Below, piece by piece: positions 18,539 through 28,001 of a stretch of DNA of 29,324 nucleotides. The DNA comes from a virus (taxonomy: Duplodnaviria > Caudoviricetes), in the IMG/VR virus record IMGVR_UViG_3300030330_001467, positions 1-29,324 of that record. One strand, given 5' to 3'. The translations under genes and the position numbers were made by a program. How positions within the stretch are numbered: position 1 is the first letter of the stretch; every line of letters starts with the position of its first letter. The notes under the pieces are model-generated. The model was not told where the DNA came from, made no database searches, and saw nothing but the letters and a program-made list of their open reading frames with translations.

Positions 18539-19872
18539 TACCAGACATAGGCAAACTAGCAGTTATGATAAGTAGATTTGATGTTAATCAACAAAAGAAG
18601 AACAAATGGAAAGCATCAAGGTATAAAGCATTAGATTATTACAATGGCAGAACAAGAAGTTACATTGATAATTACTTTAGTGCATCTATACTTAATAAAG
18701 TTGTTACTGGCAATATAAACATAACTAAAAGAATTATAGATAGAATATCACTTGTATATATGGTTGCTCCTAAAAGACAATATACCAATGAAGATGTTAC
18801 AGATTACTTTATAGATAAAGATATGAAGATGCAAAGATTAGAAAGAATAACTAATTTACTTGATGGTGTGCTTGTTAAACCTTGTTGGAGAACTAAAAAA
18901 GATGGTTATGGCTGTATTGAATATGATATAATAACTGATTATGAACCTGTATTTGGTGCTGACCCATTAAAGCCAGAAGCAATTATATATCCAGTAACTA
19001 TGAAAGCTACAGTATTAGATACTGAACCAGAACAGTTTGCTTATTGGTCAGATGAACATCATTTTATTTTTGATAGGAATGGCAAGGTATATACTGAAGA
19101 TGATAATCCAGAAATGATTAATCCATATGGAGTGCTGCCATTTGTAGAATGTTATAGAGATGGTAAGCCTGAAGCACACTACCTTGATACTGATGCTTCA
19201 ACTGATTTGATACAAACTAATCTTGCTATTAATGTAGCTGAAACAAACAAGAATGCTAATGTAATGTTTCAATCATTTGGTTATATGTTTGTTAATGGTA
19301 GTGGTATTGATATAGATAAAATGACTATTGGTCAGGATAAGGTAAACTATCTTGGAATTGATGGAACTATAAGTATAGTTGCACCACCTAATTCTGTACC
19401 TGCATTAGATGAATCAATTAAATCATCATATAAGATGCTATCACAGAACTATCACCTACCAACATCATTTGTTGAAGGTACTACTGCTGAATCTGGAGTG
19501 GCATTAAGATTAAGGAATCAGGAACTACAAGATGATAGAAGGTCTGATGTAGTTAAATGGAAAGATGTAGAATATAAGTTATTTGATTTAGAAAGATTGA
19601 TTGTAGCAGTTGAAGATGGTAAGGATGCAGGAGATTTAGAAGATGTTGACTTTGATGAATCTACTGAAATACTATCTAGTCAAGAACAAAGGGATAAATG
19701 GGATTGGGAACTATCTAAAGGTATTATAGACCTTGCTGATATTATGATGCAAAAGAATCCTGATCTTACTAGAGAAGAAGCATTAGAACATTTAGAAGAA
19801 AGAAAAACAATATCTGAAACACCAGAAGCAGGTTCAGGACTACTAGAAGCATTGGCTAAACCTGTTGAATAA
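18535..19872 (+). CDS. Portal protein (SPP1 gp6-like)
   Basis: 445 aa after terL; LDYYNG, NPYGVLPFV and ESGVALRL motifs. Confidence 0.85.
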   Translation: MIPDIGKLAVMISRFDVNQQKKNKWKASRYKALDYYNGRTRSYIDNYFSASILNKVVTGNINITKRIIDRISLVYMVAPKRQYTNEDVTDYFIDKDMKMQRLERITNLLDGVLVKPCWRTKKDGYGCIEYDIITDYEPVFGADPLKPEAIIYPVTMKATVLDTEPEQFAYWSDEHHFIFDRNGKVYTEDDNPEMINPYGVLPFVECYRDGKPEAHYLDTDASTDLIQTNLAINVAETNKNANVMFQSFGYMFVNGSGIDIDKMTIGQDKVNYLGIDGTISIVAPPNSVPALDESIKSSYKMLSQNYHLPTSFVEGTTAESGVALRLRNQELQDDRRSDVVKWKDVEYKLFDLERLIVAVEDGKDAGDLEDVDFDESTEILSSQEQRDKWDWELSKGIIDLADIMMQKNPDLTREEALEHLEERKTISETPEAGSGLLEALAKPVE

Positions 19873-20600
19873 TGGCAGACCAAAGCAAAATAGATGCAGC
19901 ATCACTACAAATTGCTGAACTAATAGACAAAGCAAGAACAGAACTGATTGCTGATTTGGTTACTCTAGGAAAAGAAATAGATAACAATGCACAGTTTGTT
20001 GCAGCATTAAATGATTTAGATATATCAGATACATTAACAAAGAAGATCAGTAAAGCAGTTAATCTATATACAGTTGCACATAGAGATGTATTAGAATCTA
20101 CAATAGGTTTTGAAGATATACCAGTATCTACACTAACATCTTATATATCACTTAATCAACAAGTATTAGATACTACAGTAATAAATACTGTTGCTGCACA
20201 TATAAAGAATGAAGTTGCTAAAGGTGTATTAGCAGGTGTACCAGCAGAAGTAATAGCACAATCAGTTGCTAGTGCATCAATATCTACATCACAGATGGAA
20301 ACATTAGTTAATACAACACTTAATTCATATTCCAGAACAATTACTAATTCAATGATGGAAGTTGCACCAGCAAATACTAAATATGTTTATATTGGACCAG
20401 TAGATGAAAAGACAAGACCTGAATGTATTGATATGGCAGCATCTGGAAGATTAACACAAAAAGAAATAATATCTAGGTTTGGTTCATCAGTATTAACATT
20501 AGGTGGTGGATTTAATTGCAGACATAAATGGGAAATAGCAAGTGATGAAGGAAGTGTATTTCATAGGCAGAAAGAAGCAAAGGAAAAATTAAATGCTTGA
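19872..20600 (+). CDS. Head morphogenesis protein (SPP1 gp7/MuF-like)
   Basis: YVYIGPVDEKTRPEC...GGFNCRHKW; follows the portal. Confidence 0.8.
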   Translation: MADQSKIDAASLQIAELIDKARTELIADLVTLGKEIDNNAQFVAALNDLDISDTLTKKISKAVNLYTVAHRDVLESTIGFEDIPVSTLTSYISLNQQVLDTTVINTVAAHIKNEVAKGVLAGVPAEVIAQSVASASISTSQMETLVNTTLNSYSRTITNSMMEVAPANTKYVYIGPVDEKTRPECIDMAASGRLTQKEIISRFGSSVLTLGGGFNCRHKWEIASDEGSVFHRQKEAKEKLNA

Positions 20601-21033
20601 TTTAAAATTCTTTTTAAAAGTAGGACCAAGAGTTAGAGATAGATATAGAGAACATATATTTGATAAAGCATTAGATGTAAATGGCAAAAAGTTTAAAGGT
20701 TATTCTTCTGAATATGGTGAAGATAAAAGAGCAAACAAATTTAAAAGACAAGCATCAAAGTATGCTAATAGCACAGCACCTGTACTTACTGGTGATTTAT
20801 TAAGAGATTATAGTTTAGTTAGAACAACATCTGGTGGATTCCAAATAGGTTGGACTACATTTGGTAGATTAGTTGATTCATTGAACAAAAGAGGTAGAGT
20901 GCTTACATCTGATAAAAGACCACTACCAGATAAGGTTGCTAATTATCTATTAGATCAAGCTGAAGATTATGGTGATACCAAATTAAAAAATATGTTTCCT
21001 AAAAGTAAAACAATAAAGATTGGTAAAAAATAA
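20593..21033 (+). CDS. Virion morphogenesis/neck protein (Mu gpG or HK97 gp10-like)
   Basis: Basic 146 aa; DVNGKKFKGYS and PVLTGDLLRD motifs. Confidence 0.55.
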   Translation: MLDLKFFLKVGPRVRDRYREHIFDKALDVNGKKFKGYSSEYGEDKRANKFKRQASKYANSTAPVLTGDLLRDYSLVRTTSGGFQIGWTTFGRLVDSLNKRGRVLTSDKRPLPDKVANYLLDQAEDYGDTKLKNMFPKSKTIKIGKK

Positions 21034-21107
21034 TTATATAAAATTTAAAAAGTTTATTTATATTACAAATGTAAATAATAGCAAAATACTCACAAAAGAG
21101 GTAACAA

Positions 21108-21671
21108 ATGTCAGATAAAAATGAAAGTCAAATCAATAGTGATAACAACACAGTAAAAAATGACAGCACAGAAGCTGTAGAAAAAAATGTACCATATGAT
21201 AGATTTACACAGGTCAATCAGGCAAAGAATGATGCTATGGAACAGATTGGCAAACTTCAAGCACAGATAGATAAGATGAATGCAGATAACAAATCTAAAG
21301 CAGAAGCTAAAATGGTTGAAGATGGAAAGCTAAAAGAAGCATTAGATATTGTTACTAAAGAAAGAGATTCTTTTAAAGCTCAATCAGAACAATGGAATAA
21401 ATACCAAGCTGATAAGAGGGAATCACTTATGTCTAAACTAACTGATGATACTGACAAATCTATTGCAGATGGCTTAACTGATTTGAACAAACTAGAAACT
21501 TATGTTAATAGAGTTGTAAATGTTAATGCACCATCTGCATCACAGGCTAGAGCAACATCTGGAACAGCAGGTGAAATGGGTGGTTATTCTTCATGGGAAG
21601 AATTTGCTATGAAAGACCCTAAAGGTGCAGAAAAAGCAATAGCAGATGACACTACAAACTTTATTAAATAA
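21108..21671 (+). CDS. Capsid scaffolding protein
   Basis: Acidic N-terminus, VPYDRF motif, coiled coil, directly before the capsid gene; SD GAGG. Confidence 0.8.
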   Translation: MSDKNESQINSDNNTVKNDSTEAVEKNVPYDRFTQVNQAKNDAMEQIGKLQAQIDKMNADNKSKAEAKMVEDGKLKEALDIVTKERDSFKAQSEQWNKYQADKRESLMSKLTDDTDKSIADGLTDLNKLETYVNRVVNVNAPSASQARATSGTAGEMGGYSSWEEFAMKDPKGAEKAIADDTTNFIK

Positions 21672-21712
21672 AGCTGTCAAAATGAAGGCTTACAAGCAGT
21701 TGAAAGACAGTT
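21672..21712 (+). promoter_or_regulatory. Candidate structured RNA in the capsid gene leader
   Basis: AGCTGTC/GACAGTT outer stem, purine-rich internal loop, GCT-taca-AGC inner hairpin, just upstream of SD AGGAG. Confidence 0.35.
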
Positions 21713-21730
21713 AAATTTTAGGAGTGTTTT

Positions 21731-22627
21731 ATGGCAAACACAGATGTAGGTATTGCAGCAGGTGGTTTAGGTAAAACCATAGCATCAGCAATAGTTCAAT
21801 TTAATAAAGCAGCAGTTACTCCAGCTACTATTTCAATGGCAGCAGCAGTTAAAGGCTCAAATACAGTTCAATTCCCAGTTTACTCAAAACTTGCTGTAAC
21901 AGCAGTAGAAAATGAAGCAACTGGTGATGAGGATACAGAAGTAGCAGCAACAAGTATTACAACAGCAGCTACTAGTGTTGAGGTGTTAAGAAATCACATC
22001 AATGCTAGAGTAACAGACCTTGCAGCATATGGTAATTCAGATGCTTTAATGGTAAATGCTGGTCAAGTTCTTGGTAATGCAGTAGCAGCAGAATTTGATG
22101 CAAATATTTGTGCAAGATTTGATGCTTTTGCAACAAGTAAAGGTACTTCAACTGAAGGATTAAGATGGATTGATGTTATGGATGCAGTAGCTTCATTAGA
22201 AACTAATGATGCACCAAGACCATATTCAGCAGTTCTTCATCCACAACAAATGTATGGATCATTTGGTTTATCAAATGAATTAGGACAAGTTGCTGCAGTA
22301 AATGGCAGTAATGGTGCATTTGGTGCAGGTTCAAGTGCTTCTGAAGGTTTTTTACAAGCTGGATTTGTAACTAGTCTTGCTGGTATTAACTTCTATACTT
22401 CACCACAAGTAATTGATGGTTCAGACTCAACTGAAAAGAAAGGTGCTATTTATGCTAAAACAGCACTAGGTTGTGGCTACATTGATTTTGGTGGTGGTAG
22501 CTTTATAGAAATGAGAACTGAAAGAAATGAACTAGGTGCTTCAACTAATTTAGTAGCTAATGGTTACTGGGCAAGTGCAGAACTAGTTGATTTACATGGT
22601 GTAGAAATACATACAGAAATATCTTAA
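21731..22627 (+). CDS. Major capsid protein
   Basis: 298 aa after the scaffold; GSNTVQFP, YSAVLHPQQMY and VTSLAGINFYTSP HK97-fold-like motifs. Confidence 0.88.
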   Translation: MANTDVGIAAGGLGKTIASAIVQFNKAAVTPATISMAAAVKGSNTVQFPVYSKLAVTAVENEATGDEDTEVAATSITTAATSVEVLRNHINARVTDLAAYGNSDALMVNAGQVLGNAVAAEFDANICARFDAFATSKGTSTEGLRWIDVMDAVASLETNDAPRPYSAVLHPQQMYGSFGLSNELGQVAAVNGSNGAFGAGSSASEGFLQAGFVTSLAGINFYTSPQVIDGSDSTEKKGAIYAKTALGCGYIDFGGGSFIEMRTERNELGASTNLVANGYWASAELVDLHGVEIHTEIS

Positions 22628-22641
22628 TAGATATTTAATAA

Positions 22642-22678
22642 GTGATATGGGTGGTGAGTTGGACACCACCCATGTTAC
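22642..22678 (+). terminator. 15-bp hairpin after the capsid gene (terminator-like or mRNA stabiliser; no U tract)
   Basis: GTGATATGGGTGGTG-agttgga-CACCACCCATGTTAC with two G-U pairs. Confidence 0.55.
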
Positions 22679-22687
22679 AACAAAACT

Positions 22688-22978
22688 ATGGCAAGTAAAA
22701 AAAATATTATAAGAAAATCAAAACCTAAAAAAGATATAGGCAATCTAAACAACAAAGAATTTGGTGTTGAATTAGACCCTGATAACAATTTATGTTTATC
22801 TGAAGATGCTGATAAAGGTCAACAGGCATATTATAAAGGAAGCAAAATGGCTTATACTGATTATATAAATGAAGTTGGTCATAGAATTAATCAAGGTAAA
22901 AAAGGCAAAGGCACAAGCAATATAGGTACTTTTGCAGGATTTGGTAAAGGAACTTTAAAAAAATCATACAAGGAGTAA
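22688..22978 (+). CDS. Hypothetical protein
   Basis: 96-aa ORF in the late operon. Confidence 0.65.
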   Translation: MASKKNIIRKSKPKKDIGNLNNKEFGVELDPDNNLCLSEDADKGQQAYYKGSKMAYTDYINEVGHRINQGKKGKGTSNIGTFAGFGKGTLKKSYKE

Positions 22979-22980
22979 TG

Positions 22981-23136
22981 ATGGGCAAAACAGTTAAAAA
23001 AGAAGTTAAAAAAGAAAAGAAATCATCTGGTAAATTTAAAATTACAAAACCTAATGGTAATATAATATATAGAAGCAATTTAGGTGAATATGTTAAAGTA
23101 TATGAATCAAAAGGTTGTAAAGTGGAGGAAGTTTAA
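22981..23136 (+). CDS. Small basic hypothetical protein (51 aa; not in ORF track)
   Basis: MGKTVKKEVKKEKKSSGKFKITKPNGNIIYRSNLGEYVKVYESKGCKVEEV; SD AAGGAG; fills the gap exactly. Confidence 0.65.
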   Translation: MGKTVKKEVKKEKKSSGKFKITKPNGNIIYRSNLGEYVKVYESKGCKVEEV

Positions 23137-23430
23137 ATGTCAGATATAATATTTACACCAGTAACAACAGAAGCTGCATTAGGTACAAGTTCAGGTGCAG
23201 CATCTAATGTAGGTAGTAGTGAATTTGTTAGATTAACTAATAGTGCAGATTCTGGTACAGAACATTTAGTAACACTAGAAGAATCAGGTGGAACAGATAT
23301 TGGCACATTTACTTTAGGTGGACATGAATCAGTTATAATAAGAAAAGCAACAACTGATAAATTGTTTGCAGCAAATGCAGCAGTTTTGGCATGTGGTGTT
23401 TCAGTAGTATCTATTAGAAAGAAAGTATAG
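23137..23430 (+). CDS. Hypothetical beta-rich protein, possibly virion-associated
   Basis: 97 aa; SD GGAGG; S/T/G/A-rich. Confidence 0.6.
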   Translation: MSDIIFTPVTTEAALGTSSGAASNVGSSEFVRLTNSADSGTEHLVTLEESGGTDIGTFTLGGHESVIIRKATTDKLFAANAAVLACGVSVVSIRKKV

Positions 23431-23843
23431 TGCAATATTTGATTGACCAGATAAAACAACATGAAGGTTTTAGCAAGAAAGTATATGTTGATACAGAAGG
23501 TTATTCAACAATAGGATATGGATTTGCTATTAAAGATTTAGAATTAGATGAGGATATAGCTGAAGAAATACTTGCTAGAAATCTTACTAAACTAATATCA
23601 AGAGTTAGAAAAACATTTGATTGGTATGATTCTATGCCTGAAGAAATACAAGATGTAGTAATTAATATGTGCTACAATCTTGGAATCAAAGGTTATTCAA
23701 AATTTAAAAAACACATTAAATACTTAAAAGAACATAACTGGGAACTTGCAAGTGATGAAATGCTTGATTCATTATGGGCAAAGCAAGTTAAAACTAGAGC
23801 AAATGATTTAAGTAATATAGTAAGGAATTGTACTGCTAAATAA
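23430..23843 (+). CDS. Endolysin, GH24 (T4-type) lysozyme
   Basis: HEGFSKKVYVDTEGYSTIGYG catalytic E-x8-D-x5-T triad; NMCYNLG; EMLDSLWAKQVKTRA. Confidence 0.92.
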   Translation: MQYLIDQIKQHEGFSKKVYVDTEGYSTIGYGFAIKDLELDEDIAEEILARNLTKLISRVRKTFDWYDSMPEEIQDVVINMCYNLGIKGYSKFKKHIKYLKEHNWELASDEMLDSLWAKQVKTRANDLSNIVRNCTAK

Positions 23844-23856
23844 AAGAGGATAACAT

Positions 23857-25041
23857 ATGTTCTGTCCAAATTGTCATTCTGATAAATTAATTAAATCAGG
23901 ATATTTTGATGACAAACAAAGATATGAATGTAAAGTATGTGGTTGTAGAAGTGCTTATCCTATAGAAAACCTAGAATTAGTAAAAGAAAATGTAAGACTT
24001 GCAAAGCAGAAGCAATCAGCACAAGATTTAAATAGAATAGAAAGAAAATCTTTTAGGGAATATGCAAGAGTAGAAAATGCAGTTAGTCAATACACTAGAA
24101 GATTAGTACAGATTTTTGACAAATACAAATTAAGCAAATATACTAAAAAGCATAAACAAAATAATAAGTGTGCAGGTGTTATACAGTTTAGTGATGTACA
24201 CTTTAATGAATTAGTTGATCTGGAACACAATAAGTATGACTTTAAGGTTGCATCAGCAAGATGCAGACACTTTGTAGAAAAAGCTACTAAATACTTTAAA
24301 GCATTTGGTGTAACTAATGTTCTGGTTGCTTTATCTGGTGATTTGCTTAATAGTGATAGAAGGTTAGATGAACTATTATCTATGGCTACTAATAGAGCAA
24401 AGGCTACATTTCTAGCAGTAGATATACTACAACAAGTAATCTTACATCTTAATGAAGAATTTAATGTTAATGTTGTATCAGTTACTGGTAATGAATCAAG
24501 AGTTAAAAAAGATTGGGGTTGGTCCACTATGATGGCATCAGATAACTATGATTTTACAATACATAACACATTAAAGTATTTATTTAGAGATTCTAATATA
24601 AACTTTATTGATTCTGATCCAACTGAAGTAGTAGTGAATATAGCAGGACAAAACCTATTAATACTACATGGTAATGGTTCAGTTAAAAGAACTGGACTAG
24701 AATCATCAATAAATCAGATGGTTGGCAGATATAAGATGAGAGGAACTAATATTAACTATGTAATCTTTGGTCATATACATAGTGCAAGAATAGGTGATAA
24801 TTATGCAAGAAGTTCTTCTATGGTAGGTGCTAATGATTATTCTGAAAAAGCATTGAATTTAGCTGGTAGAGCTTCTCAAAACTGCTATATATTCTATAAC
24901 AATGGCAATAGAGATGGAATTAAGGTTGATTTACAGAATTATGGTGATGGATATGATATACAAGCATCATTAGAAGCATATAATGCAAAGAGTAATGAAA
25001 AGTTAAACAAAGGAACAACTGTATTCAAGGTGGTAGTGTGA
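23857..25041 (+). CDS. Calcineurin-like metallophosphoesterase with N-terminal zinc ribbon and coiled coil
   Basis: CPNC...CKVC; SDVH, GDLL, GNE, LHG and GHIH motifs; SD GAGGA. Confidence 0.8.
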   Translation: MFCPNCHSDKLIKSGYFDDKQRYECKVCGCRSAYPIENLELVKENVRLAKQKQSAQDLNRIERKSFREYARVENAVSQYTRRLVQIFDKYKLSKYTKKHKQNNKCAGVIQFSDVHFNELVDLEHNKYDFKVASARCRHFVEKATKYFKAFGVTNVLVALSGDLLNSDRRLDELLSMATNRAKATFLAVDILQQVILHLNEEFNVNVVSVTGNESRVKKDWGWSTMMASDNYDFTIHNTLKYLFRDSNINFIDSDPTEVVVNIAGQNLLILHGNGSVKRTGLESSINQMVGRYKMRGTNINYVIFGHIHSARIGDNYARSSSMVGANDYSEKALNLAGRASQNCYIFYNNGNRDGIKVDLQNYGDGYDIQASLEAYNAKSNEKLNKGTTVFKVVV

Positions 25042-25350
25042 ATGGATTACTTACTAATTTTAGAACAATATTCAATACCAATAGTAGTTTCTATTGCTTT
25101 TGGTTTTTATATATGGAAACAAAACAAGTTTATACAGGATGAGTTACAAAAAGAATTAAGAGAAAGTTTTGGTAGAGTAGAATCTATCATTGTAAAATTA
25201 ATAGACCAACAGAAGAAGATGCAGTTAGAACAAAAAGGAATTGAAAATAGTTATAAAACATTAGTAGAAGTTATAGCTAAACTATCTGGAAATGGTTTAA
25301 GAGATAAGTTTTTAAGGATGCAAGAAAGAAATGAAAACAAAAAATACTAA
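25042..25350 (+). CDS. N-terminally anchored membrane protein with coiled coil (holin-like)
   Basis: One TM segment (IPIVVSIAFGFYIW) followed by a heptad-rich region. Confidence 0.5.
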   Translation: MDYLLILEQYSIPIVVSIAFGFYIWKQNKFIQDELQKELRESFGRVESIIVKLIDQQKKMQLEQKGIENSYKTLVEVIAKLSGNGLRDKFLRMQERNENKKY

Positions 25351-25369
25351 TAAATAAGGAAATATAATA

Positions 25370-25915
25370 ATGGCAGATTCAAATCAAATAGCAAATCAGT
25401 TTAGTGGATTACCAATAGAAAACTTAATATCAGCACCTTTGTTAGCTGCTGCTGAAGGTCAAAAATCATTAGCATCAACAACTGCACAGTTTATTACTGA
25501 AGTTGGTATGGATAGTAGTGGTAACACTAAATCAGTAACATTTAACTATGAAGATGGAACAGAAGAAGTTAAACTAGATGTTCCTTTGTTATCTATTATA
25601 AATATTCCTTCAATATGTGTAGATAGTATTGATGTTGAATTTAATATGGAAGTATCAACACAAAGTTCTACTAAATCTTCTACTGATTCAAGTGCAACAG
25701 TAAATGCTTCATGTGGATTTGCTTGTTGGAAAGCATCATTTGAAGGTAAAGTATCACATCATTCTGAAAGCAATAGAAGTTCTGATACTTCTGCTAAATA
25801 TACTGTATCTGTTAAAGGTAAACAGGAAAAGCCAGAAGGCTTAATGAAAGTTTTAGATATGCTGAATAGTTCTATAGGTAAAGGATCATCAACAGCAAAA
25901 TCTGATGGAAAATAA
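25370..25915 (+). CDS. DUF2589-like protein (long form)
   Basis: FSGLPIENLISAPLLAAAEGQKSLA..TAQFITEVG and LDVPLLSIINIPSICVDSIDVEFNMEV match the DUF2589 pattern as I recall it. Confidence 0.75.
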   Translation: MADSNQIANQFSGLPIENLISAPLLAAAEGQKSLASTTAQFITEVGMDSSGNTKSVTFNYEDGTEEVKLDVPLLSIINIPSICVDSIDVEFNMEVSTQSSTKSSTDSSATVNASCGFACWKASFEGKVSHHSESNRSSDTSAKYTVSVKGKQEKPEGLMKVLDMLNSSIGKGSSTAKSDGK

Positions 25916-26360
25916 TTATAAAAAAGGTTCTTTTTTAGACCATCTAACTAAAGGTTTATATGATGCTGTTGTTCAAGCACAAGCATTAGCTGAAAATCAG
26001 CATATTGAAGCATTAGCAAAATATATAAATGAAGATGGTACACCTAAATGTATGAACATGGTTATTAATGGTGATAATGTTAATGTACCATTAGCAACTT
26101 TAGCACCACAAAGTTCTATTAAGATAAAAGAATTGTCAATGGAACTTAAAGTAAAGCTAGGTTCATTTGGCAAAAGAAAGTCAAGGTTAGGTGGTGGTAT
26201 ATTTAAACATGGTAATGCAGGTTCTATATCTGCTGATTTAGGTGCAAGTATATTACCAAAAAGAAATCAGTATGCCACTTTAAAGGTAACATTTGAAGGA
26301 ACTGATCCACCAGAAGGATTAGTAAGGTTAAATAACAATTTAATAAAACAAATACCATAA
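25905..26360 (+). CDS. DUF2589-like protein (short partner)
   Basis: LYDAVVQAQALA, VNVPLATLAPQSSIKIKELSMELKV and FEGTDPPEGLVRL; paralogous to the upstream gene (KPEGLMKVL). Confidence 0.7.
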   Translation: MENNYKKGSFLDHLTKGLYDAVVQAQALAENQHIEALAKYINEDGTPKCMNMVINGDNVNVPLATLAPQSSIKIKELSMELKVKLGSFGKRKSRLGGGIFKHGNAGSISADLGASILPKRNQYATLKVTFEGTDPPEGLVRLNNNLIKQIP

Positions 26361-26593
26361 TGAAAAAAGGTAGTACAGAAGAATATAGAAATAATATTAC
26401 ATTACACTTAACTAGAATATCTGGTGATTTAGAACACATTAAAGAAAAAGTAAATGATAATAATAGACACCTTGAAATCATTAATGGTAGATTGAGAACA
26501 GCAGAAAATAATATAACAAGCATGAAATCTATTGGCTTGACATTGTATGCAGTAATAGGTGCAGCATTAACTTATTTAGGTATAAAAGAATGA
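26360..26593 (+). CDS. Coiled-coil plus C-terminal TM protein (XhlA/holin-like)
   Basis: Heptad region with INGRLRTAE, followed by IGLTLYAVIGAALTYLGI. Confidence 0.55.
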   Translation: MKKGSTEEYRNNITLHLTRISGDLEHIKEKVNDNNRHLEIINGRLRTAENNITSMKSIGLTLYAVIGAALTYLGIKE

Positions 26594-26790
26594 GCATTGA
26601 AGATACATTAAGAGATATACAATTATCAATACATGAGGTAAATGCAAGAGTTGATAAACTGGAAAAGGATTCACATCCACCAGTTTTTAAAAAAGAAGTA
26701 TATGAAGAACTAGATGCTAGATTACAAGTAATTGAAGCATTTTACAATAACATTAAACTTATAACAAATAACTATAAGGAGATTGATTAA
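26590..26790 (+). CDS. Small coiled-coil hypothetical protein
   Basis: 66 aa; ATGA overlap. Confidence 0.6.
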   Translation: MSIEDTLRDIQLSIHEVNARVDKLEKDSHPPVFKKEVYEELDARLQVIEAFYNNIKLITNNYKEID

Positions 26791-26791
26791 T

Positions 26792-27070
26792 ATGGAATTT
26801 TTAACAAGTAATTTAAATTTATTTGCAGGTGGTGGAGCATCTGCTTTAGTATTATGGGCATTAAAAAAGATACCTAATGAAGATATACAAGATTGGGTAG
26901 GCACAGCAGGGTATTGGGTAGGTGCTACTGTAACTTTAGGATTAGCAAAATGGAAACTAACTAGAAGTGTATGGAATAGTACAATAGAACCATACTTTAT
27001 TGATCTGTTAGATAACACAGTTAATACATTCATTAAGAATGTTATTAAAGGAATGAAATCAGATAACTAA
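26792..27070 (+). CDS. Membrane protein, holin-like
   Basis: Two hydrophobic segments; ATG 26792 is spaced correctly from SD AAGGAG. Confidence 0.5.
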   Translation: MEFLTSNLNLFAGGGASALVLWALKKIPNEDIQDWVGTAGYWVGATVTLGLAKWKLTRSVWNSTIEPYFIDLLDNTVNTFIKNVIKGMKSDN

Positions 27071-27969
27071 TGAGATTAGCAGATGTAGTTAAACACTTAA
27101 GTAGAATCTTTGAAAGAAAAAGAAAGAATCCTATATTATTAGGAAAAGATAGTAATTTAGAATCTAATCTAAAGAATGTAAAGATAGGAAATGAATCTAC
27201 TATTGTTGATATATCTGAAACAGAACTAAAAATCAGAGGAACCATTAATGCTGATGCTATCAATGTTAATGGTTCTGCTGTTCAAACAGGAACAGATGCA
27301 GGTGCAACTGAATTAAATGAATTATCTGATGTTAGCTATTCAAGTAATAAATTAGAAGTTTCTGGAATGAATGAATTGGTAGTAGGTGAAGCAAGTTTTG
27401 ATATAGATTGTGCAGGAAGTATAACATTAGATGCACACACAGGTGTTTTTATAGCTAAAAAAGCAGGTGTAGAATTTTCACCTACTAATTCAGCATATTC
27501 TGGAATGATACTTGGTTATACTTGTATAGGATTAAATGAAACTCATGCTACTCTTAATTTAACAACATCTTATGTTGTACCTACTGATGAATTTAGTGTT
27601 TCATTTACAGCACCACCAAGTGGAAATGTAGAAATACAAGTACAAATACAACATCATTTTGGTCTTAGTGGTTTAGGTGATTTAGCTGCAGGATTATCTA
27701 CTGCTAATGCAACAAGTGGTTATAGTGCTTTAGCATCTCATCATGAATTTATAGTTAATGATGGGCAAGGTAGAAATGCAGTTGATACAGTTCAAATATC
27801 TTGGACATTAACAGGATTAACAGCAGGAACTGATTATGAGTATTGGGTAGGATTTAAAGCAGCATCAACTACTGGCACACCAAAGATTCTATGGGGTGGA
27901 AGTTCTGCTGATAGATATGCTGATTTTATTATGAAGGCAACAGCTTTACCAGCAACAATAACAACTTAA
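27070..27969 (+). CDS. Tail fibre/spike-like structural protein
   Basis: GATELNELSDV fibre motif; beta-rich C-terminal domain (FTAPPSGNVEI, LTGLTAGTDYEYWVG). Confidence 0.55.
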   Translation: MRLADVVKHLSRIFERKRKNPILLGKDSNLESNLKNVKIGNESTIVDISETELKIRGTINADAINVNGSAVQTGTDAGATELNELSDVSYSSNKLEVSGMNELVVGEASFDIDCAGSITLDAHTGVFIAKKAGVEFSPTNSAYSGMILGYTCIGLNETHATLNLTTSYVVPTDEFSVSFTAPPSGNVEIQVQIQHHFGLSGLGDLAAGLSTANATSGYSALASHHEFIVNDGQGRNAVDTVQISWTLTGLTAGTDYEYWVGFKAASTTGTPKILWGGSSADRYADFIMKATALPATITT

Positions 27970-28001
27970 GATAATTTTTATGTTTTATAAATTAATAAAT
28001 A

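Noticed and set aside
23857-23950. IS1 InsA-like zinc ribbon suggesting an insertion sequence
   Set aside because: No DDE transposase, inverted repeats or target duplication; it is the N-terminus of the phosphoesterase
666-27263. Minus-strand ORFs in the track (e.g. 666-977, 6129-6635, 12752-13054, 23133-23462, 24087-24527) and the nested + ORF 16238-16426
   Set aside because: They overlap well-supported + strand genes, lack recognisable motifs and look like shadow frames
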